Source of the DNA: Magnetospiraceae bacterium
GTDB taxonomy: Bacteria; Pseudomonadota; Alphaproteobacteria; Rhodospirillales; JBMYUJ01
Length of the DNA stretch: 64,000 nt
Assembly (NCBI GenBank): GCA_049605255.1
Contig: JBMYUJ010000001.1
Location: 25,486-89,485 of the forward strand
Reading direction: 5' to 3'
Shown: positions 18,680 to 28,473 of the stretch, piece after piece
Numbering within the stretch: position 1 is the stretch's first letter
Layout of the letters: every line of letters begins with the position of its first letter
Made by a program: the position numbers and the translations under genes
The notes under the pieces: generated by a model
What the model saw: only the letters and a program-made list of their open reading frames with translations
What the model was told of the DNA's origin: nothing
Database searches by the model: none

Positions 18680-19578
18680 GTGATGCCGTTTTGTTGATCG
18701 ATCCCCTTGATATCGAGGTTTTGGATCGGGCCCGCCCCGTGAAGGTGGAGCGGGTTACTGCCCTTGCAGAGATGATCACCGCCGACGGGCAGCAAGATCC
18801 CATCGAAGTGCGGGAAACACCGGATGGAAAAATGCCCTATCGCCTGGTGGCAGGCGCGCACCGGCATGCGGCTTGTGCTGGTTTAGGGATCGCGGTGCGG
18901 GCGATTGTTTATGACCTTGATGACGATGCAGCCGCCCTTAGAGAGATCGACGAAAACCTTGTTCGCTTCGAGCTAACAGCGCTGGAGCGGGCGGTGTTTG
19001 TTGGTGAGCGGGCGCGTATCTGGAAAAAAATGCACCCCGAAAGCAAGCGCGGCGGGGACCGGAAAAGCGCCATATATCAGGCGGAAGATCAAAGCGCAGC
19101 CGATTCATTTTGTTCTTTCACGGACGAGACCAGCGTCCTTTTGGGTCGCGGGCGGCGGACGCTGCAGCAGTCAATCCGGATTTTTGAGGCGATCCCGAAA
19201 GCGCATCGTGACCTCCTGTGGAATACCCGGCTGGAGGATCAGCATGGGGCACTTTACGACATCGCGCGGCACCCGGCGGACATCCAGAAACTGATCATCG
19301 ATAGGATGCTGCGCGAGGAACGCCCTTGCGCGTCCGTGGATGCCGCCCTGGGGGAAATTCAAGGTCGCACGAAGCCAAAGGTGGATGAGCGTCAATATCA
19401 GGGATTGATGGATACCTATTCCCGCGCGAAGGACCCGGTTAAGCGGCGCGTTTTGACCACCTTCGCCACCCAGGGCCTGGTGATGCTGCCCACGGGCGAA
19501 GGGTTCGACGCCCTGAAAGATGGGGACCGGCTGAAGTTTGAGGCCTTCCTCGAAACCCAGGGCTACCGGAGGGTCTGA
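18676..19578 (+). CDS. ParB N-terminal domain protein
   Basis: GQQDPIEVR, YRLVAGAHRHAA, EIDENLVRFELTALER, RGGDRKS. Confidence 0.85.
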   Translation: MSDAVLLIDPLDIEVLDRARPVKVERVTALAEMITADGQQDPIEVRETPDGKMPYRLVAGAHRHAACAGLGIAVRAIVYDLDDDAAALREIDENLVRFELTALERAVFVGERARIWKKMHPESKRGGDRKSAIYQAEDQSAADSFCSFTDETSVLLGRGRRTLQQSIRIFEAIPKAHRDLLWNTRLEDQHGALYDIARHPADIQKLIIDRMLREERPCASVDAALGEIQGRTKPKVDERQYQGLMDTYSRAKDPVKRRVLTTFATQGLVMLPTGEGFDALKDGDRLKFEAFLETQGYRRV

Positions 19579-20141
19579 TGGTCCGGGTTAATCAACCGAA
19601 TACAGCGGAAACATTGTTGTCTATTGAACCACGTACCGTGCTTCTGGGGGCATCTCAATCCATGAGCGCCCCAAAAGATTTGACCAGGTACCAAGAATAT
19701 CGTTCGGCAATCCCAAAGGGATGGTTGGCGATTTGTCCTGTCTTCTTTGAAGTTCAGCAAATGACTGCCCGATTAGATGCGCCAGATATTGCTGATCCCG
19801 TGAACTTAGTTGGCCATATTTTTCAGGGATGTTTTCTGTGTCGCCGTCCGCAAATAACGCGCGAACAAGCCTGCCAAGAATTTCTAGCTGATGCCGATTT
19901 GGGGGTGGTTTACCTCGATCCCGTGACGGGTCTACCTGGCATAAGGTTGCGAGACCCGCAACTTTACGGATTGCTTCGCTTGGAAAGAACCACTGAATAT
20001 CGCGGCTCAGGTCCATCCGACTTTCCAATAGTGCGCGTTTTTTATCCTTTTCCGGCATTCCAACCCCTTTCTGGTCAGCAGCAAAGTTTGCCCCCCATCG
20101 AGTTTTGTGTCGAGGGGATATCCGGGGTGTCGGCATGGTAA
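19578..20141 (+). CDS. Possible bridging ORF 2
   Basis: TGATG overlap with ParB stop; ends across the next ATG. Confidence 0.35.
   Translation: MVRVNQPNTAETLLSIEPRTVLLGASQSMSAPKDLTRYQEYRSAIPKGWLAICPVFFEVQQMTARLDAPDIADPVNLVGHIFQGCFLCRRPQITREQACQEFLADADLGVVYLDPVTGLPGIRLRDPQLYGLLRLERTTEYRGSGPSDFPIVRVFYPFPAFQPLSGQQQSLPPIEFCVEGISGVSAW
19621..20058 (-). CDS. Antisense hypothetical protein
   Basis: Lower GC; MPEKDKKRALLESRMDLSRDIQW... after AAGGGG SD. Confidence 0.5.
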   Translation of the reverse strand: MPEKDKKRALLESRMDLSRDIQWFFPSEAIRKVAGLATLCQVDPSRDRGKPPPNRHQLEILGRLVRALFADGDTENIPEKYGQLSSRDQQYLAHLIGQSFAELQRRQDKSPTIPLGLPNDILGTWSNLLGRSWIEMPPEARYVVQ

Positions 20142-20599
20142 GGGCGCGGGGGGATCATCGGACTATGGACCTCTTGAACTGGACACCGCCAGAGACGGTA
20201 GTGCGGCGGTTCGATGATGCGCGGGTGCGGGCGGCGGACCTGCGATCCAAGATCGCCCGCGCGGTGGCCGAAGCACTGTCTGATACCCCGCTCGATCGGA
20301 AGGAGATCGCCAGGCGGGCCTCCGAATGGCTGGGAGAGACCATCAGCCCCGCGATGCTGAATAAATATGCCTCGCCTTCGAGCGACGATCATCCGCTGCC
20401 TCTGGCGAAGTTTTTAGCCATCGTGGCGGCGACGGAAGACCCCCGGTTGTTGCAGGTTTTCGCCGAAATGTTCGGCTGGTCGGTGATTGATGACCGGTAT
20501 CTGCCCTGGGTCGAAGTTGGCCAGCTTGCTGATGCAAAAGAGGAATTTGACAAGGCCTATGCGGCGGCGCGGGCGAAAACCCGGAGGGTGGGAAAATGA
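20135..20599 (+). CDS. Phage regulatory protein (CII-like DNA-binding)
   Basis: Typical Mu-like early gene pattern: EIARRASEWLGETISPAMLNKYASPS. Confidence 0.65.
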   Translation: MVRARGDHRTMDLLNWTPPETVVRRFDDARVRAADLRSKIARAVAEALSDTPLDRKEIARRASEWLGETISPAMLNKYASPSSDDHPLPLAKFLAIVAATEDPRLLQVFAEMFGWSVIDDRYLPWVEVGQLADAKEEFDKAYAAARAKTRRVGK

Positions 20600-21105
20600 C
20601 AAGCGGGACCGCTAAAATTCCTGGAATGGGTCCAGGTCATCATCAAAAGGCCAGAAGCTGGGATACCCAATCATTAAATCGAGAGAAAGACGCGCCGCCG
20701 TGCTGGTTGTGTCTCGAGCCGACCCGCCAATGGCGTTTTGTATATCCAGAGCAGACGCCAGGAGCGCCAACCCCGCCCGCGCATAATACAGGGCGGCAAG
20801 AACAAAGATTCCACGCTGTTCGGGAGACAGATTCAGATGCCTTTGCTTCCGCTTCGCGGGGGTCAGCCGAATATACTCTAAAAGCAGATCGTGGTTATCG
20901 GTACAGACTTTCTGAAAGCCCTGTTGCCCAAGATGAGCGCATAGGCCGGAAACCTTGTTTTTCCCTAATCCGAGAATCTCTTCCAGAAGTTCTCCGCAGA
21001 GCGCTTCGGCTTTTGCAGCGGCTGATTCAAAGTTCATATCCTTCCTCCCAGCATAAACCCTCGGTTGAAGGGGACCTTACCCGTACCGGCGGAGAGAAGC
21101 GATGA
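20596..21105 (+). CDS. Possible bridging ORF 3
   Basis: ATGA overlaps at both ends; coupled to transposase start. Confidence 0.35.
   Translation: MTSGTAKIPGMGPGHHQKARSWDTQSLNREKDAPPCWLCLEPTRQWRFVYPEQTPGAPTPPAHNTGRQEQRFHAVRETDSDAFASASRGSAEYTLKADRGYRYRLSESPVAQDERIGRKPCFSLIRESLPEVLRRALRLLQRLIQSSYPSSQHKPSVEGDLTRTGGEKR
20612..21037 (-). CDS. Antisense hypothetical protein (141 aa)
   Basis: GGAGGAAGG SD, lower GC, helical protein-like sequence. Confidence 0.6.
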   Translation of the reverse strand: MNFESAAAKAEALCGELLEEILGLGKNKVSGLCAHLGQQGFQKVCTDNHDLLLEYIRLTPAKRKQRHLNLSPEQRGIFVLAALYYARAGLALLASALDIQNAIGGSARDTTSTAARLSLDLMIGYPSFWPFDDDLDPFQEF

Positions 21106-23219
21106 AACAATGGTTCACCGCCCAGGAGATCGCCGAGGCCCGGTTGCCGGGAATGCCCGCCGTGAAAAGGGCAGTGAATGCCCTGGCGGCGCGTGAGGGT
21201 TGGGCGGAGCGTATAGACCCCACCGCAGGCCCCTTGGCGCGGCCCCGGGCCGGGCGGGGTGGCGGGATGGAATATCATCTGTCGTTACTGCCGAGCGAGG
21301 CGCGGATCGCGTTGTTGGCGCAAGTGGACATGGAGACCGCAACCGGTCCATCGGACCATGGGCGTTCCGATCTTTGGACCTGGTTTGACAAACAGACGGA
21401 CAAGAAAAAACAGACGGCGCGGGTGCGGCTGGGGCTGATCCGAAAAGTGCAGGCCCTGCACCGGTCTGGGATGCTGAAGAATTTCGCGGCGGCCACGGTG
21501 GCGGCGGAGGCCGGGGTTTCGGTGGGGTCGATCTATGGCTGGGAACGGGCCTGCCGCGCGCTGCCGGAAAGCGATTGGTTGCCCGCCTTGGCGCCGGGGC
21601 ATACGGGGCGCCGCAAGACGGCGGAAATGTCCGATGGGGCCTGGGAAGCCTTCAAGACGGATTATCTGCGCCCCGAGCAGCCAAACATGGAGAGCTGCTA
21701 TCGGCGGGTGACGTCTGCGGGGTCTGATAAGGGGTGGATTATTCCCTGTTTAAAGACCTTTCAACGCCGCTTGGAACGGGAGTTCAGTCCGGCGGTCGTG
21801 GTGCTGGCCCGAGAAGGGATCGATGCCTTGAAGCGCATGTATCCGGCGCAGGATCGGGATCGATCGGTGTTCCATGCGCTCGAGGCGGTGAACGCCGACG
21901 GCCATCGCTGGGACGTGTTTTGCCGCTGGCCGGACGGGGAGATCGCCCGGCCCATGATGGTGGCTATCCAGGACCTTTATTCGGGGAAAATCCTATCGTG
22001 GCGCATCGACCGATCGGAGAACTCCCACAGTGTGCGGCTCGCCTTCGGCGATCTGATCGAAACCTATGGGATTCCGAAAAGCGCCTATCTGGATAACGGG
22101 CGGGGGTTTGCCGCGAAGATGCTGACCGGTGGAACAAAGACCCGGTTTCGGTTCCGGGTCCGCCCCGAAGACCCGGACGGTATCCTGACCCAGTTGGGGG
22201 TCGATATCGTCTGGACCACGCCCTATTCGGGTCAATCCAAACCCATCGAACGGGCCTTTCGGGACCTTTGCGCAGATATCGCCAAGCACCCGGCGCTGGC
22301 GGGCGCTTACACGGGGAACCGCCCGGATGCGAAGCCGGAAAACTATGCCAGCCGCGCGGTGGATATTGAAGAGTTCCTTGGGATCGTCGAAAGCGGAATC
22401 ACCGAACACAATGCCCGGCCTGGTCGGCGCGGTGGGGTTTGCGCCGGGCGGTCCTTCGATCAGGTGTTCGCCGAGTCCTATGGATGCGCGCCGATCCAAC
22501 AGGCGACGGAGGAGCAATATCGGCTCTGGCTGTTGGCGGCGGAAGGGGTGACCCCGCGCAAGCCGGATGGGGCGATCCATTTGATGGGGAACCGGTTCTG
22601 GGGCGAGTTTCTGCATGGGCATATTTCCGGGAAGGTGGTGGCCCGGTTTGACCCCCAGAACCTGCATGTGGGCCTGCATGTGTATGGGCTGGATGGGCGT
22701 TATCTAGGCTTTGCCGACGTGATCGAGGCGGTGGGCTTTAATGATTTGCAGGCCGCCAAGGACCATGCGCGGGAGCGGCGGCGCTGGATGCGGGCGCAGC
22801 GGGACATGCTGAAGGCCGAACGGCAGATGGGCATCGCGGAGCTGGCCTCCATGCTGCCGGAGACGGGCCCGGCGCCCCTGCCAGAAACGAAGATCGTGAG
22901 CCTGCCCCGGAATATCCCGGCGGCAGCGATGCAAAAACCGTCGGCTGAGCCGGTGCCCTTGACGGAGGAAGAACAGGCCGCCGCCGATGCCGCCTTTGCT
23001 GCGATGAGTGGGGCGAATGTGACGCCGTTTCCGGCGCCCGAGGCGAGCGCAGAGGTGCCCGAAAGTTTCGACAGTGATGAAGCCTTCGCCCGCTGGGCGA
23101 TGGCCCATCCTGAGGCGTTGGACCGGCGGCAAGAAGTGTATCTCGCCACCCTGTTGGAGAACCGGAGTTTCCGCATGCTGTTGGGAATTGCCGAAGAAGA
23201 AAAGAGCCACGCTGGCTGA
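21102..23219 (+). CDS. Mu-like DDE transposase (MuA)
   Basis: N-terminal Mu-type HTH; ADGH, LDNG and KPIERAF triad; Mu transposase C-terminal region. Confidence 0.95.
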   Translation: MKQWFTAQEIAEARLPGMPAVKRAVNALAAREGWAERIDPTAGPLARPRAGRGGGMEYHLSLLPSEARIALLAQVDMETATGPSDHGRSDLWTWFDKQTDKKKQTARVRLGLIRKVQALHRSGMLKNFAAATVAAEAGVSVGSIYGWERACRALPESDWLPALAPGHTGRRKTAEMSDGAWEAFKTDYLRPEQPNMESCYRRVTSAGSDKGWIIPCLKTFQRRLEREFSPAVVVLAREGIDALKRMYPAQDRDRSVFHALEAVNADGHRWDVFCRWPDGEIARPMMVAIQDLYSGKILSWRIDRSENSHSVRLAFGDLIETYGIPKSAYLDNGRGFAAKMLTGGTKTRFRFRVRPEDPDGILTQLGVDIVWTTPYSGQSKPIERAFRDLCADIAKHPALAGAYTGNRPDAKPENYASRAVDIEEFLGIVESGITEHNARPGRRGGVCAGRSFDQVFAESYGCAPIQQATEEQYRLWLLAAEGVTPRKPDGAIHLMGNRFWGEFLHGHISGKVVARFDPQNLHVGLHVYGLDGRYLGFADVIEAVGFNDLQAAKDHARERRRWMRAQRDMLKAERQMGIAELASMLPETGPAPLPETKIVSLPRNIPAAAMQKPSAEPVPLTEEEQAAADAAFAAMSGANVTPFPAPEASAEVPESFDSDEAFARWAMAHPEALDRRQEVYLATLLENRSFRMLLGIAEEEKSHAG

Positions 23220-23260
23220 CACCCAGACGTGGCCCTGAACTGCATATTTGAGGAGACATA

Positions 23261-23992
23261 ATGTACACGACCTTTGTCAGGACCGCAAACGTCAACCGCT
23301 TCCTATCGGCGGTATCGGCCATCGATCAGCGGGGGGCGTCGGAAGCCTCTTGGTTGTTGATTTCCGGCGATGCCGGGCTTGGTAAATCAAAAACGGCGGA
23401 ATGGTGGGCGACCCATAACGACGCCATCGAAATCCGCCTCAAGGCTGCGGCAACACCGCATTGGTTTTTGACCGACCTGGTCGGCGTGCTGGGGGAGGTT
23501 GCCCCCGCCCATAGCTGCGAGAAGCTGTTTTATCAGGCGATGGATCATCTATCGAAATCACCGCAGCCGATTGTGGTCGATGAGGTGGAAAACGTCCTTA
23601 AAGGCGACCGGCTGGAGACCTTGGAGATGGTCCGGGATATTTCCGACATGACGGAGGCGCCGGTGATCCTGGTGGGCCGGGAATATGTGTGGGGCCGCCT
23701 TAGCCGCCATAAGCATTTTCGGACCCGGATTTCCGCCCGCGCGGATTTTTCTCCCCTCAGTTTGGAGGATGTAACCAAATGCTTCGGCGAGTTGAGCGAG
23801 GTGCCCGTCGATGAAGAGGTGATCGCGGATGTGCACAAAGCCTCGGAAGGGCATATCCGCGAGGTCGTGAACGCCATCGCCAATGCGGAGCGGATCGGCA
23901 AGCGTGCGCCCGGTGAGACGGTTACCCGCAAATCTGTTGGTAATACCTCCCTCGTGCGCGATTGGCAGCGCACCAAGGCGGGGGCGGTTTAG
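23261..23992 (+). CDS. Transposition AAA ATPase (MuB-like)
   Basis: GDAGLGKS, IVVDEVE, PVILVG; follows transposase. Confidence 0.9.
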   Translation: MYTTFVRTANVNRFLSAVSAIDQRGASEASWLLISGDAGLGKSKTAEWWATHNDAIEIRLKAAATPHWFLTDLVGVLGEVAPAHSCEKLFYQAMDHLSKSPQPIVVDEVENVLKGDRLETLEMVRDISDMTEAPVILVGREYVWGRLSRHKHFRTRISARADFSPLSLEDVTKCFGELSEVPVDEEVIADVHKASEGHIREVVNAIANAERIGKRAPGETVTRKSVGNTSLVRDWQRTKAGAV

Positions 23993-24583
23993 ATGGGCAG
24001 CGGGAGCCATACCCAGGCGCTGCTGGAGGCCTTGCCCCAGGGAGGTGATTGCCGAACCCTTGACGTGCTTTCCGGCCTTACGGGGCTATCCCACCGGCAG
24101 GTGTCCGACGCCTGCGCCATCCTGATCCGGCACGGCTTGGTAACCCGGGTGAGCCGTGGTTGCTTCGGGCTTTCCAAGGCCGGGGCAGAGGCGCGCGCGG
24201 CAGGCAAAAAGATCACCAGCGGCCCGAATGGGCAGATGGGCAAGCGACGGTCAGGTCGGCGAAAAACCGCCCGGCAGAAGTTATGGACGTATTTGCGGGC
24301 CTGCCGCTCAAAAAAGCAGAAGGTTACCGCCCCAGAGATCGCGACCATGACCGATATCAGTGCGGCGAGCATCCAGGCCTATCTGGCGGCGTTGAGGAAC
24401 GCTGGATATGTCGCCTGGATCGGCAAACCCCACCCCGGGACCGCGCCCACATCGAACGGGTTTCGAAAGTATTTTTTGGTGCGCGATACGGGCGCGCTCG
24501 CCCCGGCGTGGAACAATGTTTCGGGTGAGATGTTCGACCCCAATCTGGGCGAGGTGACCTGGCGGCGGGAGGGAACATCATGA
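23993..24583 (+). CDS. Winged-HTH early protein
   Basis: RQKLWTYLR...YLAALRNAGY...LVRDTGALAP. Confidence 0.7.
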   Translation: MGSGSHTQALLEALPQGGDCRTLDVLSGLTGLSHRQVSDACAILIRHGLVTRVSRGCFGLSKAGAEARAAGKKITSGPNGQMGKRRSGRRKTARQKLWTYLRACRSKKQKVTAPEIATMTDISAASIQAYLAALRNAGYVAWIGKPHPGTAPTSNGFRKYFLVRDTGALAPAWNNVSGEMFDPNLGEVTWRREGTS

Positions 24584-24939
24584 GCGGGTTCAACCTGGAG
24601 CGGGCCGCCCTGGCCTGGGGCGCGGCCATGCCCGATGCGGTGCGCGCCCTCGCTGAGGCCTGCGACCAATCCAGCCAGAAGGCGGTCGGCAAGCGCCTGA
24701 AAATAAGCTCCAGCGTCATCAGCCAGGTGCTGAACCGGTGCTATCCGGGGGATACCGAGGCGGTTCTGGATGCCGCCGCCGGGGCGCTTTTATCGAAGAC
24801 CGTCGACTGCCCGGTCGACGGAGAAATTACCAAGGATATCTGCCTGAAATCGCAGCGGGCGAAGCTGGTGACCACGAGCCGACGTCGCATTCGGTTGTAC
24901 CGCACCTGCCCGACCTGCCCGAACCGAAAAGGAACCTAA
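24580..24939 (+). CDS. HTH + Cys-cluster early protein
   Basis: SSSVISQVLN.YPGD, VDCPVDG, CPTCP. Confidence 0.75.
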   Translation: MSGFNLERAALAWGAAMPDAVRALAEACDQSSQKAVGKRLKISSSVISQVLNRCYPGDTEAVLDAAAGALLSKTVDCPVDGEITKDICLKSQRAKLVTTSRRRIRLYRTCPTCPNRKGT

Positions 24940-24941
24940 GC

Positions 24942-25160
24942 ATGATTGCCGAGAAGATCAAAAACACCCTGCGCTATGTGGAAGAGCGGATCGAGCATGA
25001 AACGCTCACCATGGCCGATTTGATGCAGGCGCGGAAGGTTTTGTTAGACGCCGCCGACCAGGTGGAAAAACTGGAACAAACGGTGGTGCCCTTGCGGGCG
25101 CGGCGCGATGAGGGTGCGGCCCTGGTGCCCATCCTTGCTTTTTCGCAGGTGACGCCATGA
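24942..25160 (+). CDS. Hypothetical protein
   Basis: Coupled ORF with AAGGA SD. Confidence 0.6.
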   Translation: MIAEKIKNTLRYVEERIEHETLTMADLMQARKVLLDAADQVEKLEQTVVPLRARRDEGAALVPILAFSQVTP

Positions 25161-25471
25161 ACGCGCCGCTGAAGTTTGTTATCGCGGCGCATGGGAAGGA
25201 ATACGACCTGACCCTGATCGCTAAAAAAGAGATGGGCCCCCAGGACATCCTGTTTTTCGAGGACGCTGACGGTGACATGCACCTCGCCTACCAGATGGTG
25301 GATGGGGCGTTCTGCCATTGCTTTGGCCCGCTGAAATTCGACGTCGTGCTTGGCATGGCGGAGAAGGTGATTTCCGGCATTCCCTGGCATCGGTCGGAAA
25401 CGGAGCTGGTCCGGAGCCTGGCGCTGGCGGTGCTCGTGCAAGACTTCAAAAAGGGGGGGGGCGGATCATGA
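25157..25471 (+). CDS. Hypothetical protein
   Basis: ATGA overlaps on both sides. Confidence 0.6.
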   Translation: MNAPLKFVIAAHGKEYDLTLIAKKEMGPQDILFFEDADGDMHLAYQMVDGAFCHCFGPLKFDVVLGMAEKVISGIPWHRSETELVRSLALAVLVQDFKKGGGGS

Positions 25472-25758
25472 ATGAGGTAAGCCAGATCATCGAGATCGTC
25501 TCCCAACAGACCGGAATTTCCAGGAAACGGATACTCTCCGCACAGCGTATGGCGGGGGTGGTTCGGGCCCGGCATGCGATCATGTATGTGGCCTGCACGC
25601 AGACGGAAAAGAGCCTACCGATGATCGGTCGCGCGCTTGGCCGGGACCATACCACGATCCTCCATGGATACCGAAAAGTGAAATCACGCCTGCGTGACGA
25701 CGAGGACCTGGCTGTGCTGGTGGCCGAGACCATCATGATCTTGGAGTCCCGGATATGA
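25468..25758 (+). CDS. DnaA C-terminal (domain IV) HTH protein
   Basis: RARHAIMY...SLPMIGRALGRDHTTILHG. Confidence 0.85.
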   Translation: MNEVSQIIEIVSQQTGISRKRILSAQRMAGVVRARHAIMYVACTQTEKSLPMIGRALGRDHTTILHGYRKVKSRLRDDEDLAVLVAETIMILESRI

Positions 25759-25886
25759 GCGACTGGACGGAGAGGGACCTCAGGATTTTGGCGGCGCGGG
25801 GTGTGGTGATTTCTTCACCGGACCTGCGGCGCATTGGAACCTTTAAACGCGTTTTGAAAGGGATTTTACGATGGCTGAAACGGTGA
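25755..25886 (+). CDS. Small hypothetical protein (43 aa)
   Basis: ATGA overlap; hand-translated MSDWTERDLRILAARG... Confidence 0.4.
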   Translation: MSDWTERDLRILAARGVVISSPDLRRIGTFKRVLKGILRWLKR

Positions 25887-26497
25887 AAACGGACGTGCCC
25901 GAGGGGTACATGATGGATGCGAAGGGGCGGTTGGTGCCGGAGCATCTGGTGAAGAGACAGGCGCTGCTGGAAGACCAGATGGTGAAGAAAATCCTGGAAT
26001 ATGCGGACGCGCTGTCGGCGCAGATCGCCAGGTTTAAGGGCCATACCTTCGACGATGTGGCCGCCTTCATGGATCTTCTGGCCGAGGAATATGGCGCCAA
26101 AAAGGGCGGCGCCAAGGGCAATGTTACATTCAGTACCTATGACGGCTGCGCGAAGGTGCAGGTCGCGGTGCAGGACCATATCGCCTTTGGCCCAGAGCTG
26201 CAGGTCGCCAAGGAGTTGATCGACGCTTGCATCGGCGAATGGGCGGCGGGGAGCCGGGATGAAATCCGGGCGCTGGTGAACCATGCCTTCGAGGTGGATA
26301 AGCCCGGGCAGGTAAAGCGGGAGGCGCTGTTCGCGCTGCGCAAAATCGAGATCGACGATCCACGCTGGAAGGAAGCGCAGAAGGCGATCACGGATAGCAT
26401 CCGGATCACCGGATCGAAAACCTATGTGCGGTTTTACCGGCGGGCCACCGCGCAGGATCGCTGGCGGGCGATCACCATCGATCTGGCGGCGGCGTGA
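25871..26497 (+). CDS. DUF3164 family protein
   Basis: DAKGRLVP, GGAKGNVTF, FGPELQVAKELID.C, SKTYVRFY. Confidence 0.9.
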   Translation: MAETVKTDVPEGYMMDAKGRLVPEHLVKRQALLEDQMVKKILEYADALSAQIARFKGHTFDDVAAFMDLLAEEYGAKKGGAKGNVTFSTYDGCAKVQVAVQDHIAFGPELQVAKELIDACIGEWAAGSRDEIRALVNHAFEVDKPGQVKREALFALRKIEIDDPRWKEAQKAITDSIRITGSKTYVRFYRRATAQDRWRAITIDLAAA

Positions 26498-26715
26498 TGA
26501 GCACCGACGCCTTAACCGATGCCGCGCGGGCCAAGCGGGCGTTGCAGTTCGTGCGGGAGTTTCCGGATTATTTCGATGATTGGCTGATCCGGTTCGCCGA
26601 CCGGAATTGGCCGCGCCTGGAGACCTATGGCGAGAAGACCCGCCTTTCCCCCGGGCAGATGCGGCAGATCGACCGGATCGAAAAGATCATCACCGAAAAG
26701 GAGTTGGACCAATGA
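26494..26715 (+). CDS. Hypothetical protein
   Basis: Coupled 73 aa ORF. Confidence 0.55.
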   Translation: MMSTDALTDAARAKRALQFVREFPDYFDDWLIRFADRNWPRLETYGEKTRLSPGQMRQIDRIEKIITEKELDQ

Positions 26716-26957
26716 CGGATGTGGGTGGTGTTGCTGCGGAACGATTGCGGAGCCTGATCGAGCGGATCGAGCGCCTGGAGGAAGAGAAAGCCAGCCTCGG
26801 CGAAGATATCAAGGAGGTCTATTCGGAGGCGAAAGCTTCTGGGTTTGATACCAAGATCGTCCGCGAGATCATCCGGCTTCGCAAGATGGATCAGGTCGAC
26901 CGGCAGGAACAAGAAGAGGCGCTGGACCTTTATAAACGCGCGATCGGGCTCGAATGA
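26712..26957 (+). CDS. gapR: GapR/DUF2312 nucleoid-associated protein
   Basis: [15 protein letters not shown]...[17 protein letters not shown]. Confidence 0.9.
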   Translation: MTDVGGVAAERLRSLIERIERLEEEKASLGEDIKEVYSEAKASGFDTKIVREIIRLRKMDQVDRQEQEEALDLYKRAIGLE

Positions 26958-27262
26958 TGAACGGGGCGATGGCGCAGGCCTTACTGGAACTTTCCCGGGT
27001 GTTCGGCACTTTCCGGGGGCAGCTTTCCCGGCGCAAGCAGGTGGAAATGCAGGATGCCATGAACCTGGTGACCGATACGGGCCTGCGGCTGCAAACGGAG
27101 GCGACGGAATACGCGCTGAATGCCCACTCCCTGGACCTTTTGGAAATGGCGCTCGATGCCTGCGCCCGCGACCCCCGGGTGACTTGGCCCGATGTGGTGG
27201 GCGCGGTGAATAAGCATGGCTTGGGTCACGCCCATGCCATGACGGAGGTGGATCATGTTTAG
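26954..27262 (+). CDS. Hypothetical protein
   Basis: Coupled 102 aa ORF. Confidence 0.55.
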   Translation: MMNGAMAQALLELSRVFGTFRGQLSRRKQVEMQDAMNLVTDTGLRLQTEATEYALNAHSLDLLEMALDACARDPRVTWPDVVGAVNKHGLGHAHAMTEVDHV

Positions 27263-27713
27263 CCGATTGTGGAGCTGGCTGGCGCCCCGGCTGCTGTTGA
27301 TCTGGGCGATTGTGGTGTTCTTGCTGGTGATTTACGGCACGGTTGCCAAAGCGGACGATGCGGCGCGGCGCGCGGTGGTGGTGTCGATCACCGATGGCGA
27401 TACCATCCAGGTGACGGCGGAAGCCTGGCCGGGGATGTATTACCACGGGCCGGTGCGGCTGCGCGGCGTGGATACGCCGGAGCTGCGCGGCAAATGCGCA
27501 TCCGAAAAGCGGGCGGCGAGGCTGGCGGCTTTCGCCCTTGAAACCCTGATCCTCGGCAAGGATGTGCTGCTGACCGATATTGCGGAAGATAAATATGGCC
27601 GGGTGCTGGCGCGGGTCTGGATCGACGGACGCGACGCGGCGGAAATCCTGGTCATGCATGAGTTCGGTCGGCCTTACGCAGGCGGACGGCGAAAGGGGTG
27701 GTGCCATGGGTGA
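27255..27713 (+). CDS. Thermonuclease (SNase) family protein, membrane-anchored
   Basis: TM then DGDTI, VRLRGVDTPE, DKYGRVLA. Confidence 0.9.
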   Translation: MFSRLWSWLAPRLLLIWAIVVFLLVIYGTVAKADDAARRAVVVSITDGDTIQVTAEAWPGMYYHGPVRLRGVDTPELRGKCASEKRAARLAAFALETLILGKDVLLTDIAEDKYGRVLARVWIDGRDAAEILVMHEFGRPYAGGRRKGWCHG

Positions 27714-28473
27714 TCAATCAAAAATCCAATATACGGATCATACTTTTTCGCCCTGGTATGGCTGCACCAAGGTGGGGCCCGGCTGCGATCATTGCTATGC
27801 GGAAAATGTGGGGCGGCGCCTGGGCGTGACCTGGGGCGGGCCGCGAAAATTGGCGGCGGACAGCACCTGGAAAAAGCCGCTGGTTTGGAACCGGATAGCG
27901 GCCAAGGCGGGGGTGCGCAAGCGGGTGATGGTGAGCCTGTGTGATCCGTTCGACAATCAGGTGCCGAGCGAATGGACGGCGCGGTTTTTCCGGCTGATCG
28001 ATGCAACCCCCAACCTTGATTGGATTTTGGTCACCAAGCGGATCGGCAATGCGGCGAAATGGGTGGATGGGCAGGAAAATATTTGGCTGGTGGCCACGGT
28101 CTGCACCCAAGCCGAGGCGGACCGGGATATCCCCCGGCTGCTGACCATCCCGGCGATGGTGCATGGCATCAGCATTGAGCCCCTGCTGGAGCCCATTCGG
28201 TTGCGGCATTTGTACTTCAGCGAGAAAACGCGGGCGAGCCTTAATTGGGTCATCATCGGCGGGGAATCCGGGCCCAAGGCGCGGCGCTGTGAACCGGAAT
28301 GGTTTGGCGAGATCATCGACCTGTTCGAGGGCATGTTTCCGGCTGTTTTTGTCAAACAGCTCGGGTCCGTCTTGGCGCGCGAATGGGATATGGCAGACCC
28401 CAAGGGCGGCGATCCGGACGAATGGCCCGAAGGGCTGCGGGTGCGGGAACTGCCGTGGGGGCTGGGACGATGA
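27706..28473 (+). CDS. DUF5131 (phage Gp37/Gp68) radical-SAM-like protein
   Basis: GCTKVGPGCDHCYAE, SIEPLL, WVIIGGESG, FVKQLG. Confidence 0.9.
   Translation: MGDQSKIQYTDHTFSPWYGCTKVGPGCDHCYAENVGRRLGVTWGGPRKLAADSTWKKPLVWNRIAAKAGVRKRVMVSLCDPFDNQVPSEWTARFFRLIDATPNLDWILVTKRIGNAAKWVDGQENIWLVATVCTQAEADRDIPRLLTIPAMVHGISIEPLLEPIRLRHLYFSEKTRASLNWVIIGGESGPKARRCEPEWFGEIIDLFEGMFPAVFVKQLGSVLAREWDMADPKGGDPDEWPEGLRVRELPWGLGR

Noticed and set aside
25453-25461. G9 tract as a phase-variation switch
   Set aside because: It lies in the last codons of a small gene and serves as the SD of the next gene, so slippage would change little.
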